64,000 nucleotides of DNA from Octopus sinensis (taxonomy: Eukaryota): contig NC_042998.1 of assembly GCF_006345805.1 (NCBI RefSeq), positions 15,004,001 through 15,068,000 of the forward strand, written 5' to 3'. The notes under the pieces were generated by a model. It did no database searches. It was not told where the DNA came from and was given only the letters and a program-made list of their open reading frames with translations. The number at the start of each line of letters is the position of its first letter. The first letter of the stretch is position 1. Positions 51,381 through 64,000 of the stretch are shown here, one piece after another. Made by a program: the position numbers and the translations under genes.

Positions 51381-52077
51381 TATATATATATTGATTGATA
51401 TATATATATATATATATGTGTGTGTGGTGTATGTACGTGTCTATGTATATATGTGTGTGTGTGTATGTACGTGTCTATGTATATATGTGTACGTGTGTAT
51501 GTACGTGTCTGTGTATATGTGTATATGTATATATACGTGTGTGTTTGTGTGTGTGTGTATTTATGCATGTATAAATGTATAACTTTATACAAAGCAAATG
51601 CTATTTATACTAGACTATTAGAACGCAATATTTAATATAGGTATGTATATTACTGGAAATTAATTAATAAATGTAGTAAATTCGAATTTAGAAAGTGACA
51701 TGCTCGGAACGCAACGTTGTAACGCATTTAACTCTGTTATTTTATCCAAGATTATAACCCATTATTAGTATACGTCTCGTTTGTTTCTGATCGTTAGCAC
51801 AACCTTCTAGCGCCATTAACAACAATGTGATATGAATTGCACAGAACAATAGGGGCTAAGACCAAATATCTATTAAATGTGAGTTCCGCAATGTTAATGT
51901 CCGCTAAGGTTACGAAAGGTTCGGTTGACAAAAAAGAAAATCACTTAAAATATGTTAAAAATGCTCTTGAAATAGATATCAATGTCGCATATCATTTTTT
52001 TGTTTTCCTACTTCATAATATAAAATATTTGTGTCAAGGAAACAATTGAAATACACACACACACACACACATATCTT

Positions 52078-52114
<37 letters not shown>

Positions 52115-52325
52115 CACACACATACACACACATACACGTACACACACAGGCACACACACACTTGTATCTTTATATATATATATATATACACACACGCACA
52201 TACTCACACAAGCACACATATATTATATATATATATATACGCACACCACACACTCACACTTAAAATACACACGCACACACACACACGCATATATGTTTCA
52301 TTGTTTATATAAGTGCATGTATATG

Positions 52326-52368
<43 letters not shown>

Positions 52369-53664
52369 CTGTGTCTGTGTGTGCATAAGTGCTTCATTGA
52401 TTATATATATGTATTTATATATATACATATGCTACATTATATATATATATATATATATATATACATACATACATATATACATACATATAAATGACCTTGT
52501 GCCAAAATTTGAAGGCAATATACACACACACATATGTATGGGCACGCCACTACTAAAAGTGTTTACTGTATTGAAAGTTGAGGTAGATACGTTAGAGTAA
52601 CACAGTAAATGATTTACAATATTTAGTTACAAAACACTACGTTGTGAGTTCAAATAGAAGCTGGGTCAACTTTGCTTTCATCTCTCTCATAGTATCAACT
52701 GGCCTTCAGCCAAGTCAAAAGGAATCGATCATAACTATAGAGACTAAATATTTTTATAACAAATTATCTTACTTACACACGTATGCCTGAATATATATTA
52801 TATATATATATATTTTTCTATCTATACACACACACACATATATATATATATGTATATATATATTTGTGCCTATGTGTCCGTATACATAGCTACGTAGATA
52901 TAAGCATAATTGTTTCGCATATTTTTATATATACGTGTGCGTAGCAAAATAGCTAGATGTTAGCGCGCATGTATATGTGAGCTCGTCTATATATATATAT
53001 ATATATATATATAGATATATATATATATATATATATCCCCAGGAATATTCATGCCTATTGATCAGGAAGTGCGTGATGGGTGGGGACGGACGGTTGATAA
53101 AAAGACTCGAATCATCGCTCTTGCAGTTATTAATCAGCTATTCTAGAAACGAACTGACTTCCGCCGAATAAACTTTTGCTCTTCCTATCGTGTTTATCAT
53201 ATAAGTAAATTCTAAAAAAGAATCTGTCGGCTTTTCGACATCCTTCAACAATTATTGAATGGTTCCTGTCTTTTCATTGAAATAGTTCAAGGAATCTTGA
53301 TCATAAGAGAGCAAACGAAAGATTTCCAACTCCCAAATCTACTTCCGATGTATCTTTCCTTTATATTTTCTTGCTTTTTAAAATAAATTTTTCTTTTTGG
53401 CTTTCATCCTATACAAATTTGATTCGATTTCAATAGCTGCCTATTTAACATTTCACATTGATGATATATTCACAATAAAGTCGTTTCATCTATTCATCAC
53501 CTATTTTTCATCTAGCATCCACATCCACACCACGACTACCGTTACGACCACGACCAACACTACTGCTACAACCAATACCATTAGTTGGAAAGTAGCATTC
53601 TCTTCTGCTGTGGCATTATATTTAGTCACCTTTTTGTTTGCGTCTATCCCTTATAATATAATAT

Positions 53665-53817
53665 AATTTCTATCTATCTATCTATCTTTCTATCTATCTA
53701 TCTACCTACCTACCTATCTATCAATCTTTATCTATCTATCTATCAATCTACCTACCTACCTATCTATCGATCTTTATCTATCTATCTACCTACCTACCTA
53801 CCTACCTACCTACCTAC

Positions 53818-53868
<51 letters not shown>

Positions 53869-53891
53869 CCTACCTACCTACCTACCTACCT

Positions 53892-53923
<32 letters not shown>

Positions 53924-53950
53924 ATCTATCTATCTATCTATCTATCTATC
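53665..53950. repeat. (TCTA)n/(CCTA)n compound microsatellite
   Basis: Directly visible. Confidence 0.95.
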
Positions 53951-54120
53951 TCCTTTCTCTACCATGCTCACACTCTGGAGCCCTTTCTCTGTAATTGTCA
54001 ATCTATTCTGTGCCATTGCTCCACCTCTCTCTCTCTCTGTATACATACATACACTCACACACGCATATATAAAGATAAATGTGTGTTTGTGTGCATATGT
54101 GCATGTATGCGTGTTTGAAA

Positions 54121-54166
<46 letters not shown>

Positions 54167-54189
54167 CACACACACACACACATATATAT

Positions 54190-54603
54190 ACTCTTTACAC
54201 TTTGCTCTTTTACTTGTTTCAGTCATTTGAATGCGGCCATGATGGAGCACCGCCTTTAGTCGAGCAAATCGACCCCAGGACTTATTCTTTGTAAGCCTAG
54301 TACTTATTCTATCGGTCGTCTCTTTTGCCGAACCGCTAAGTTACGGGGACGTAAACACACAAGCATCGGTTGTCAAGCGATGTTGGGGGACAACACAGAC
54401 GCACAAACATACACACACACATACATATATATATATATACATATATACGACGGGCTTCTTTCAGTTTCCGTCTATCAAATCCACTCACAAGGCTTTGGTC
54501 GGCCTGAGGCTATAGTAGAAGACACTTGCCCAAGGTGCCACGCAGTGGGACTGAACTCGGAACCATGTGGTTGGTAAGCAAGCTACTTACCACACAGCCA
54601 CTC
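54190..54603 (-). mobile_element. SINE family A
   Basis: Full reverse-complement match. Confidence 0.9.
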
Positions 54604-54808
54604 ATCTACATAAGCACACATACACGAAGGGATACTGTAATATTCCTGGCTTTAATGCTATCATGAAAGTCCTGCTTGGGGGCCCAACTTTCCGAGTTCT
54701 TTTACAGAGTGCTGTAATAAATGTGAGAATCTGAGAGGGGAATATGTTGAATAAAATCATAATTAACTGATCTTCCTACCGGAGTGTGCATGCATTTGTG
54801 TGAGCTCG

Positions 54809-54840
<32 letters not shown>

Positions 54841-54855
54841 ATATATATATATAAT

Positions 54856-54908
<53 letters not shown>

Positions 54909-55068
54909 TATCCCTCTCTCTTTCTCACACGATATACGCGCACAAATATTAATGCATACACACACACACACATATATATATATATACATTCATATATAAG
55001 CACAAATAGATATATAAATACGTAGAAACACATATGAACAGCTATATAGGTACTTACACAGATATACG

Positions 55069-55134
<66 letters not shown>

Positions 55135-56033
55135 GATACACTCATAAAGCTATATATTTATGCTTTAAAATGCGTGCTTATAAACACACCACAATAGCGT
55201 ATATGCACATATGCCCAAAAAATACACACACACATAAACACCACATACATATATATATATATGTATATACGCACATAAATAAGCATTAACATATATATGT
55301 ATTTATACATATCTGCACACATAAATATACATAAACATATATATGCATATATAACATATATGCACATATGTATATATACATATATACACATATAAACATA
55401 CATAAGCCATCCCATACACACACATATATAATCATACATATATAATCGTAGGCTTTAATGCCATAGTAACACACGTAACGCATAAACACTACCTCTCTCT
55501 CTCTCTCTCTTGTTCTCTCACGCAGACATACATATGACTTCGTATACATAAATGATCAACAACGTACTACACATATACAGACAAACACAGATACACACAC
55601 ACAGACACGCATACACACACACAGAATCACGCATACACACACACATTCTGGTATCCTTATTTTATATTTATTTTCTTCTAATTCATTCGAAAAGTCGCTT
55701 CACAGATTTCTGTTCTGTTGTAATAAATACAGAAGCCAAGCCTATAAGAATTGGGGAGCTCAGTAAAAGCAGTAACGTAATTCCTTACCGACATAAGCTT
55801 CTTCGCGTTGGGTATCTCGTAATTCCTATCGAAGAAGAGTTCTGGAAGCGATTGCGATTGAACAGTCTTAACACCATATTTTGTCTTGGCTTGTCTGAAG
55901 ACTATTGTATGCAGGGGCAGTTTACTCCGTTAGACTGCGAAAGGACAAATTCATGAGGGTTTGCCTTTTTATTGAGCAATGATACATACATACATGCATA
56001 CATACATGCATTCACAAAAGCATATATATATAC

Positions 56034-56069
<36 letters not shown>

Positions 56070-56989
56070 TATGCATATGTATATATATGTATATATATAT
56101 GCATATGTATATATATGTATATATATATGTATATATATATGCATATGTATATATATATATGTATATATATATATGCATATGTATATATATGTATATACAC
56201 ACGCACATGTATATATATGTGAATATATATATATACACATATGTATATATATGTATATATATATGCACATATATATATATATATACATATGTATATGTGT
56301 GTATATGTATGTGTGTTTGTACTCACACATACACACATATATATATACACACACAAATTTTATAACCCATTTCATTTGGGTCTACTCGGACCACTTGTTA
56401 AAGATGAAGAATTTTGCCATACAGGCCACGCCTTTCAATTGAGCAAACTCAAATATTTCATGCAAACTTCCCACCACTTTTACTACATTTACTAACATTT
56501 TTGCCTGCACAACTGCTTGTGCGACAACATCCGCCCTTTTCACAAATATATGATAGATTGTTGAAATGTACAGAAAAACAAAAGACGAAGACAGGAGTAT
56601 AAACAACAAACAGGTGTATAAGTTTAACGCTCGAGAATGTAAGAAAGTCTTTTACGTTTTGTGCCTATGACCTTCAACTGAAAGGAACACGAGAAAGTAA
56701 ACCGAAAGAGAATAGTGTAATACATATATAAATATATATATGTATATGTGTGTGTGGTGTATGTATGTATGTTTTTATGTTTGTATATATAAATAAATAC
56801 AATCATGGGTACATGTACACACATAAAATATATTCACTTAGAACAAAACATTCATAAAGGCATAATACTAACACATATAATTGGCTGTGTGACTGTGTGA
56901 TAAGGAGTTTGCAAAGGTAGAAGCTGGCCAACCACAGAGTCCGGTTTACTTCTACTGCGCGATACCTTCTTCAAGTGTCTTCTACAATA

Positions 56990-57154
56990 GGCGCAGGAGT
57001 GACTGTGTGGTAAGTAGCTTGTTTACCAACCACATGGTTCCGGGTTCAGTCCCACTGTGTTACACCTTGGGCAAGTGTCTTCTACTATAGCCTCAGGCCG
57101 ACCAAAGCCTTGTGAGTGGATTTGGTAGACGGACTCTGAAAGAAGCCCGTCGTA

Positions 57155-57209
<55 letters not shown>

Positions 57210-57423
57210 TTTTGTGTGTCTGTGTTTGTCCCTCTAGCATTGCTTGACAACCGATGCTGGTGTGTTTATGTCCCCGTTGCTTAGCGGTTCGGCAAAAGTG
57301 GCCGATAGGATAAGTACTAGGCTTACAAAAGAATAAGTCCCGGGGTCGAGTTGCTCGATCAAAGGCGGTGCTCCAGCAGGGTAGCAGTCAAATGACTGAA
57401 ACAAGTAAAAGAGAGTAAGAGTA
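56990..57423 (+). mobile_element. SINE family A
   Basis: Full head-to-tail match. Confidence 0.9.
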
Positions 57424-57909
57424 ATACTCTCCGGCCGACCAACGACTTGTGAGTGGATATGTCAAATTGGAACTGAAAGAACCCCAGCGGATATATATAT
57501 TATATATATATATATTTATATATATATATTTATATATTTATTATATATTTTATTTATATGTATATATATATGCATGTGTATATATATATATATAAGGTAT
57601 ACTATATACATTCTATATACATATACATATATATATATATACATATACATATATACATACATACATATATATATACATATAATATATATATATATACATA
57701 TACATATTATATACATATACATATATATGTATACATATATTATACATATATATACATATACATACATATATATACACTATACATATACATATATATATAT
57801 ATACATATACATATATACATATACATTATACATACATACATATATATATCTGCATATATATATATGTATGCATGTGTGTGCATGCGTGTGTGTGTTTGTG
57901 ACTGTGTGT

Positions 57910-58260
57910 GAGTGAATGCGTATGGCTCAGTGGTTAGAGCTTCGGGCTCACAATCACCAAGTAGTGAGTTCGACTCCCGGACCAGGTTGTGTGTTGAGAT
58001 CTTGAGCACTTTATTTCAGGTTGCTCCAGTTCACTCAGCTGTAGAAATGAGTTGTGACGTCACTGGTGCCCAGCTGCATCGGCCATTGCCTTTTCCTTGG
58101 ATAACATCGGTGGTGTGGTGAGGAGAGTCTAGTATGCCTGGGCGACTGCTGGTCTTTCAAAAAAGTAAGTCTTTGGGTCAATTTATGCGACTAACACCCT
58201 TTCAGGTGGTGCTCTAGACTGGCCGCAGTCAAATAGCTGAAACAAGGAAAAGGAATAAAA
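57910..58260 (+). mobile_element. SINE family D body joined to a family A-type tail
   Basis: 57910-58155 matches the 2062 copy; ~58160-58260 reads GGTGGTGCTCTAGACTGGCCGCAGTCAAATAGCTGAAACAAG. Confidence 0.65.
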
Positions 58261-60289
58261 AAATCATGAATATATGTGTGTGTGTCTTTATGTGCACGTG
58301 TGCCCTGTCCTTGAGTCTGTATTTGTTCTCCCATCACCACTTGATAACCGGTGTTGGTGTGTTTACGTCATTACAACTTTACAGTTCGTCAAACGAAACC
58401 GATAGGGTAATTACTTGGCTTAAAGAATAAATCCTGACGTCGATTTGTCCCACTAAAACCCTTCATAGCAGTACTCTAGCATGGCTGCAGTCGAGTTACT
58501 GAAACGACTAAAGGAATATATATATATATATTTATATATACACGTAGGCATGTGTTTTTGTGTGTGTATAAATGTATATTTAGGTGCGTGTTTATGTCTA
58601 TCTGTCTGTATATATATATATGCACACAGAAAACATTTATACACAACTCTCATAGAAATGAATTACCTATTTTTAGGTACTTTACTATATACATACTTAG
58701 ATAGATAAATAGATAGACAGATACGTATGTATGTTAAATATAAAATATATGCTATCAAATGTTAAATATAAAATATCTATCTATATCTTCACACACATAC
58801 ACAAATATACACACGTATGTATGCTTGTATGTGTGTTTGTGCGTGTAAATATATATTTATATATACATGAATATACATCATATATGTATATGAATAGTAT
58901 ATACTCTAATCATTTACATATACATATAAATATATATACACAATACACACTTCTGTATATATAAAAGAAAGCAGTGCATTATACACACACATACACGTAT
59001 ACCTACATACAGTTACTCCGCTACATACTCATCTATTCATACAGTGTAACAGAAATTTACTTTAAACACAAAGTATTTTTAGGTCGTTAAACTTAGCAGA
59101 ATCACATACAACTAATTCAACGAAACACATCATTGTCTTGTTATTTTGTTTGTTTGTTGTTCATCTTGATTTTTGCACTTGTTTTACATAACTCGGCGAC
59201 AGATTTAGTTACGTATTTCGCATACCAAAGCAATGAACCAGATATGCAACACAGAAACTGATCGAAAGAAAGCCAGATAAATATCAATTGAACGCCAGTC
59301 CGCCTTCCTGCTTGACGGTTAGTTAGCTAGTTAGCTTTTAAGAGACGTAGCAAAATAAAAGAGTATGCAATGGCCTTGTTTACCCAACAAAAATCGTTCC
59401 AGTACTGTACTAACACCAAAGCAAGTTTAAGCACTATGAACAGCAAGAAAGGAAGAAAAGAATGAGCAGGAAATTATATGCATCCATGAAAGATTTTTTT
59501 GTTGTTGTTCTTTTTTTATTATTTTGTTTCTAAAAGGAGAATGGATGTATCTTGTTTATCTTCTGTTTTGGTTTTGCTATATGAAAACAGGCTGAAATAA
59601 TGCGTTCAGTTTTTACTCTTCTTATAAAAGTTTAGTTCGTCGCACTGAAGAATTTATTCAGTGAAGTGAATACGAAAAATGAAAGCAAAAGTTTTATATC
59701 AGAAGGAAGAACAAAAAAAAAAAAAATTAAAAGAAAAAAAATATTAAAAGAAAAAAAAAGTGGCATTATTTAAATAATAACTCATTTTAAAGTAATCGTT
59801 TCGAAAAGTCAAGTCTTTGGAGCAAAAGAGCGCGAAATGATTAGGTGAAGGGAAAAATTTACTCATACACACACACACACGCACACACACTTCTGTATGC
59901 ATAGATGTATGCAGGCGTATGAATGTGTCTATTTGAGTGTGTTAGTCTATGTGCAAGAAAGATAAAATATAAAATACTCGCAGAACGTGAATTTTAAGAG
60001 ACTTGTGAAAATAATACAAAATAAAAAAACCAAAAAAACAAAATGAGAGATAAAACATAACAATAATAATAACAATGATGATTCCTTTTATTTGTTTTAT
60101 TTTCACAAGAACAGCTCAAATATAAAAAAAATATCTCTATAGAAAACTGGTGCAGAAAAATCATTATGCAGCATAATTACATAATATACATCACAAAGTT
60201 CATAACGTGTACAACCACATACATACATTGAATATATATATACATATATACTATATACGTTCGTGTATATGTTTTATACATACATAATC

Positions 60290-60510
60290 ATCCAAAGTCG
60301 AGTGCCATCTTGCACCAGAAAATCTCTATAAAAATCTTAAAGGGCTTTCCATTTACCCATTGCAAGTGCGCTATCGCTATCTTTACACGAAATTTGCTGG
60401 AGGATAGGGTTTCTCTCACCTCTCTACTCTCCACCTTTAAGCGATATCTTTTTATGGGAGAACAATAAGGTCGACCACTCAGGTCTTTCGGTGTCGTCGA
60501 CACAATTACA
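60290..60510 (-). pseudogene. Possible old Tx1-like ORF2 C-terminal relic
   Basis: LSG..KRYRLKVESREVRETLSSSKF loosely resembles LSG..KYHLKRKVRVERQVLSSECF and shares the nucleotide run GAGAGTAGAGAGG. Weak. Confidence 0.3.
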
Positions 60511-60521
60511 TTTTGTTTTAA

Positions 60522-60753
60522 GGCGGTAAACTGGCAGAATCATTAGCAGGCCGGGCGGAATGCTTAGCAGTATTTCGTCTGCCGCTACGTTCTGAGTTCA
60601 AATTCCGCCGAGTCCGACTTTGCCTTTCATCCTTTCGGGGTCGATAAATTAAGTACCAGTTACGCACTGAGGTCGATGTAATCGACTTATTCCGTTTGTC
60701 TGTCCTTGTTTGTCCCTTCTATGTTTAGCCCCTTGTGGGCAATAAAGAAATAA
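60522..60753 (+). mobile_element. SINE family C monomer
   Basis: Matches 44045-44276. Confidence 0.88.
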
Positions 60754-62228
60754 TTATATTTTTCTCTATTGCAATTATACGGTTGAAAACGGTTTGTCCC
60801 TCCTTCAGTGAAGTTATATTCACTGTAGCCTTGATCGGTAGGACTCTTAATAACAGTGTGCCTGCCTCGAAACTTCAGGTTAATGAGACTGGAAGTTATT
60901 CAGATTTTCAAGGCCTTTGGGCAATGTTCGACACTCCTTACTTATCGAGACACCAGGTCGTTGCAGGGTTAACTCCTAGATGTCAGTGGTATTCATTTTT
61001 AGCCGAATGTACTGAGACAACGTGAAATAAAGTGCTTTGCTCATGAACACAGCCCACTACCCAATTTGAGAATCGAACCTAACACTAACATTTAGGCTGC
61101 GCTTTCTCTTACAACGGCAGTAGTTTTGTATAAATCTGTCAGTCGGTGAATTGAACAAAGTGTAATGGAGAACGGTTCGATCTCCCAGCATTCTGGACAC
61201 GTACATATGACAGCCTAACTTTTCATGTGATTATCTAGAAACGGAAATATTAACTGAGGTACATTCAAACAAAGAACTTTTGAAAATTTATTTTAATATC
61301 ACAACCTGAAAATCTTTTGAGAATATCGTTAGAACTGTTCAATGTACCTGGAAGATCATGTCATTCTTTCCTTCACTAACAGTGAGAGAATGTGTGGTGT
61401 CGCTCATTTGGCAGATGTCAGCACTTAATAATAAGAATATACAATTGTAATGACAACATCCCACTTGTGAAATGCTTTGTTATTGGCTTATCCACGCTTA
61501 ATCAAGATCCATGGTTCAAATGAAAGAGACGATCTGTATGAAAGCTTGTCTGACGTACGGCGGTAATGTCACCCATAGCAGTCGGGAATCTCTTCAGGTA
61601 TTTTTGTCTCATTGTGAATCAACATGCATACTTAGATTCAACCTGGGAAAATAGTTCAGAACAGGTAAACAATCGGTGAAACTAAACAGATTCTTTTAGT
61701 TAGAAATGCTAACTGTTCATATACAGTCTTGAAACGCAGTCAAACAATAAATCATCTGAAATAAATTAGGTACTGCCCACTTCCGTTTGTATTTTCAAAG
61801 ATTTACTTCCTCTCAGTATATTTCTCGACGGGGTTACCTATTGGACCCATCTACATTGAAAATATGAGTCAGATTTTATGAGAGAAGTCGAGCATTTAAA
61901 ATTTTAGTCCAACAATATATGGAACTGATTTTCAATACCATACCGCCAACTTTTAAAAATTACTTCTTGACTCTGTTGTAACCTAATATTGATGATACCT
62001 TTGATATTATGAAGCTGGCACCATGAAGATGGCAACATCTGTATAGACAGATAGCACACTACTATATCAATGCCAATCAGGGTGGAAAGGGCTTATGTTG
62101 TACATTCTTAAAATCATCTTTCATTGAACTGACTAATGCCATTGACCATTCCGCGTTCATTTAAATGTCTCCTTTATTTAACGCAGGAAAACATAGGATT
62201 TGTTAGATTTTTTACTTCTATTTCAGGC

Positions 62229-62828
62229 CGTATCCAGAAAATTTCCCGCAAATATTTTTGCCGTAGGAAAAGTCGCCTCAGGATTTTTTTCCCGTAGGAA
62301 ATTTCGCCGATAGGAAATTCTGCCGTAGGAGAGGTTCGCCACATAGGGAATTTTGCCGTGGAAGAGTTTGCCGCAAGACAGTTCCTGTAAAAAAGAAAGG
62401 AAAAAAAAAGAGATGAATTACTCCCTTGGTATATAATTGTTTTAGCCAATCTATCTATTATATTATTAGAGAAAACAATAAGAAGAAGTAAAGTAATTTC
62501 TTAACTCATTTAAAATTAAGCAATTAAAAGATAGCTATGTTTTAAAAAAAAATCTGCTTGAATAAAAAGTAATACAATATAAATGTAACATTTACAAAGA
62601 ACAATAAGAAAACAAAAACAGTTATATCTAAAATAGAATTATAAAAAACATATGTATGTACAAAAGCAATTTTTTTCAGAGCTACAACTTTTCTAAATCA
62701 GGTTGCCTTCGATGTCTTCTAAATTATGTATTCCGAGGAATTATCTTACGGCAAAGTTTCCTACGGCGATAATTTCTGAGGCAAGTTATCCAGTGGCAAA
62801 AATGTTAACGGTGAATGTTCCTAGAACC
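62229..62828. mobile_element. Non-autonomous MULE/foldback-like DNA transposon
   Basis: Both ends are built of ~15-bp subrepeats (GCCGTAGGAAATTTC-like) in inverted orientation. 9-bp TSD ATTTCAGGC (62220-62228) and ATTTCTGGC (62829-62837). Confidence 0.7.
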
Positions 62829-63022
62829 ATTTCTGGCATATGGAGCAAGGACATCTATTATTAAAGACATTCTAGCGGTGACCACCTCAACTTTTTCCAT
62901 TGCAGTTACTATCTAACTAATATCTAACGTATTTTTATCTAAGAGCGTAGGAGTGTGATTTGAGAAAAATTTAACTGTTACATGTAGCGTATCAAACAGC
63001 TCTGCACATGTACAATAATTAA

Positions 63023-63071
<49 letters not shown>

Positions 63072-64000
63072 GCAATACACACACACATGATACATACACA
63101 CACACACACCTTCAATTTTCTTCGAGTCATTGATGCTGAGAAGTTCAATTTGAACTTCAACTGCATCAAACCCCACTTATCTAAGACTTAAATATTTAAA
63201 AGAAATCTCGTTAAAGATATAACACCATAGCAGAGACAACAATTAAAGATATCGCACCACAGTGAACGGAACAATTAAAGATATCTACTCACAGTCATCA
63301 CAACCATTAAAGAGAACCGATCGTCGTTAGCACAGCCATTAAAGATAACAATTCACCACCAGAGCAACAATTAAAGATAAAACATCACCGACAGTAAACT
63401 CGTTAATGATAATCAATCACCATCAACACAATACCTACTGCAATCGATACATTAAAAATCACCATTACTAGCCACAACTACAACGAAATGTCCCGGCAAC
63501 TACCACAAACCGAACAAGTTACCGTCAACAGCGACACTACGAACGCCACCACCACCACCACCACCACCACCACAGAAATTGCAACCCAATCATCAACATC
63601 ATTAGCATCATTAAGTAACAGATATTGAAGGAGCATCTGTGTGATCGCAGGCGTTGTTAGAAATAGTAGCAAAATTTCACTCAATTTATAGCCTGCAGTC
63701 TTGAATAAAATGAAGGACGCGTTGGAAAACGAAGATATAAATGTACAGGATCTAAATAGATCTTTCTATGTTATGGAATGTGTTTGATCATATGTTAAAA
63801 TGATGTGTGTCAAGAACAGTAACCTCAGGAAGGGTGTTTTTATTTGGTGAGTGAACTTGCTAGAAAAAGCAGTTATGTCCTGTTATGATAAAAGTGTAAA
63901 ATAAGTATTTGATATTATGGTCCTACATACATATGTGATAACAGCAATTCGAAGGACATTAATCATATGCCTGTTCCTTCAGAGGTTGACCAAGGCCTAT

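Noticed and set aside
61800-62010. Possible decayed PLE RT motifs (G.PIGP, IDDTF)
   Set aside because: Spacing is longer than expected and frames are broken; indistinguishable from chance without an HMM search.

Overview
AT-rich, microsatellite-saturated eukaryotic DNA. The repeat content resembles an octopod cephalopod (Octopus-like) intronic or intergenic region; this is inferred from recalled SINE families, not from a database match. No host protein-coding gene is confidently identified, and nearly all ORF-track entries are translated microsatellites. The interpretable content is transposable elements. (1) A cluster of four Tx1/L1-clade LINE copies whose 3' ends all abut (TATC)n at the same nucleotide; one carries a 225-bp fold-back palindrome at its 5' end. 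(2) A Penelope-like element (Naiad-like RT plus GIY-YIG, 523 uninterrupted codons, 5'-truncated) bracketed by ~735-bp inverted arms, each with a candidate minimal hammerhead ribozyme. (3) Further PLE-type termini and a 400-bp palindrome with non-consensus hammerhead-like cores. (4) RTE, CR1-like, CRE-like and R4/Dong-like LINE fragments. (5) At least four tRNA-derived SINE families (my labels A-D): family A shares its 3' stem-loop tail with the CR1-like LINE, and family B has one head with four different tails. (6) Mariner, pogo/Tigger, Tc2-like and MULE-like DNA transposon relics and MITEs. Coordinates were read by eye and are approximate to a few bases unless a junction is quoted.
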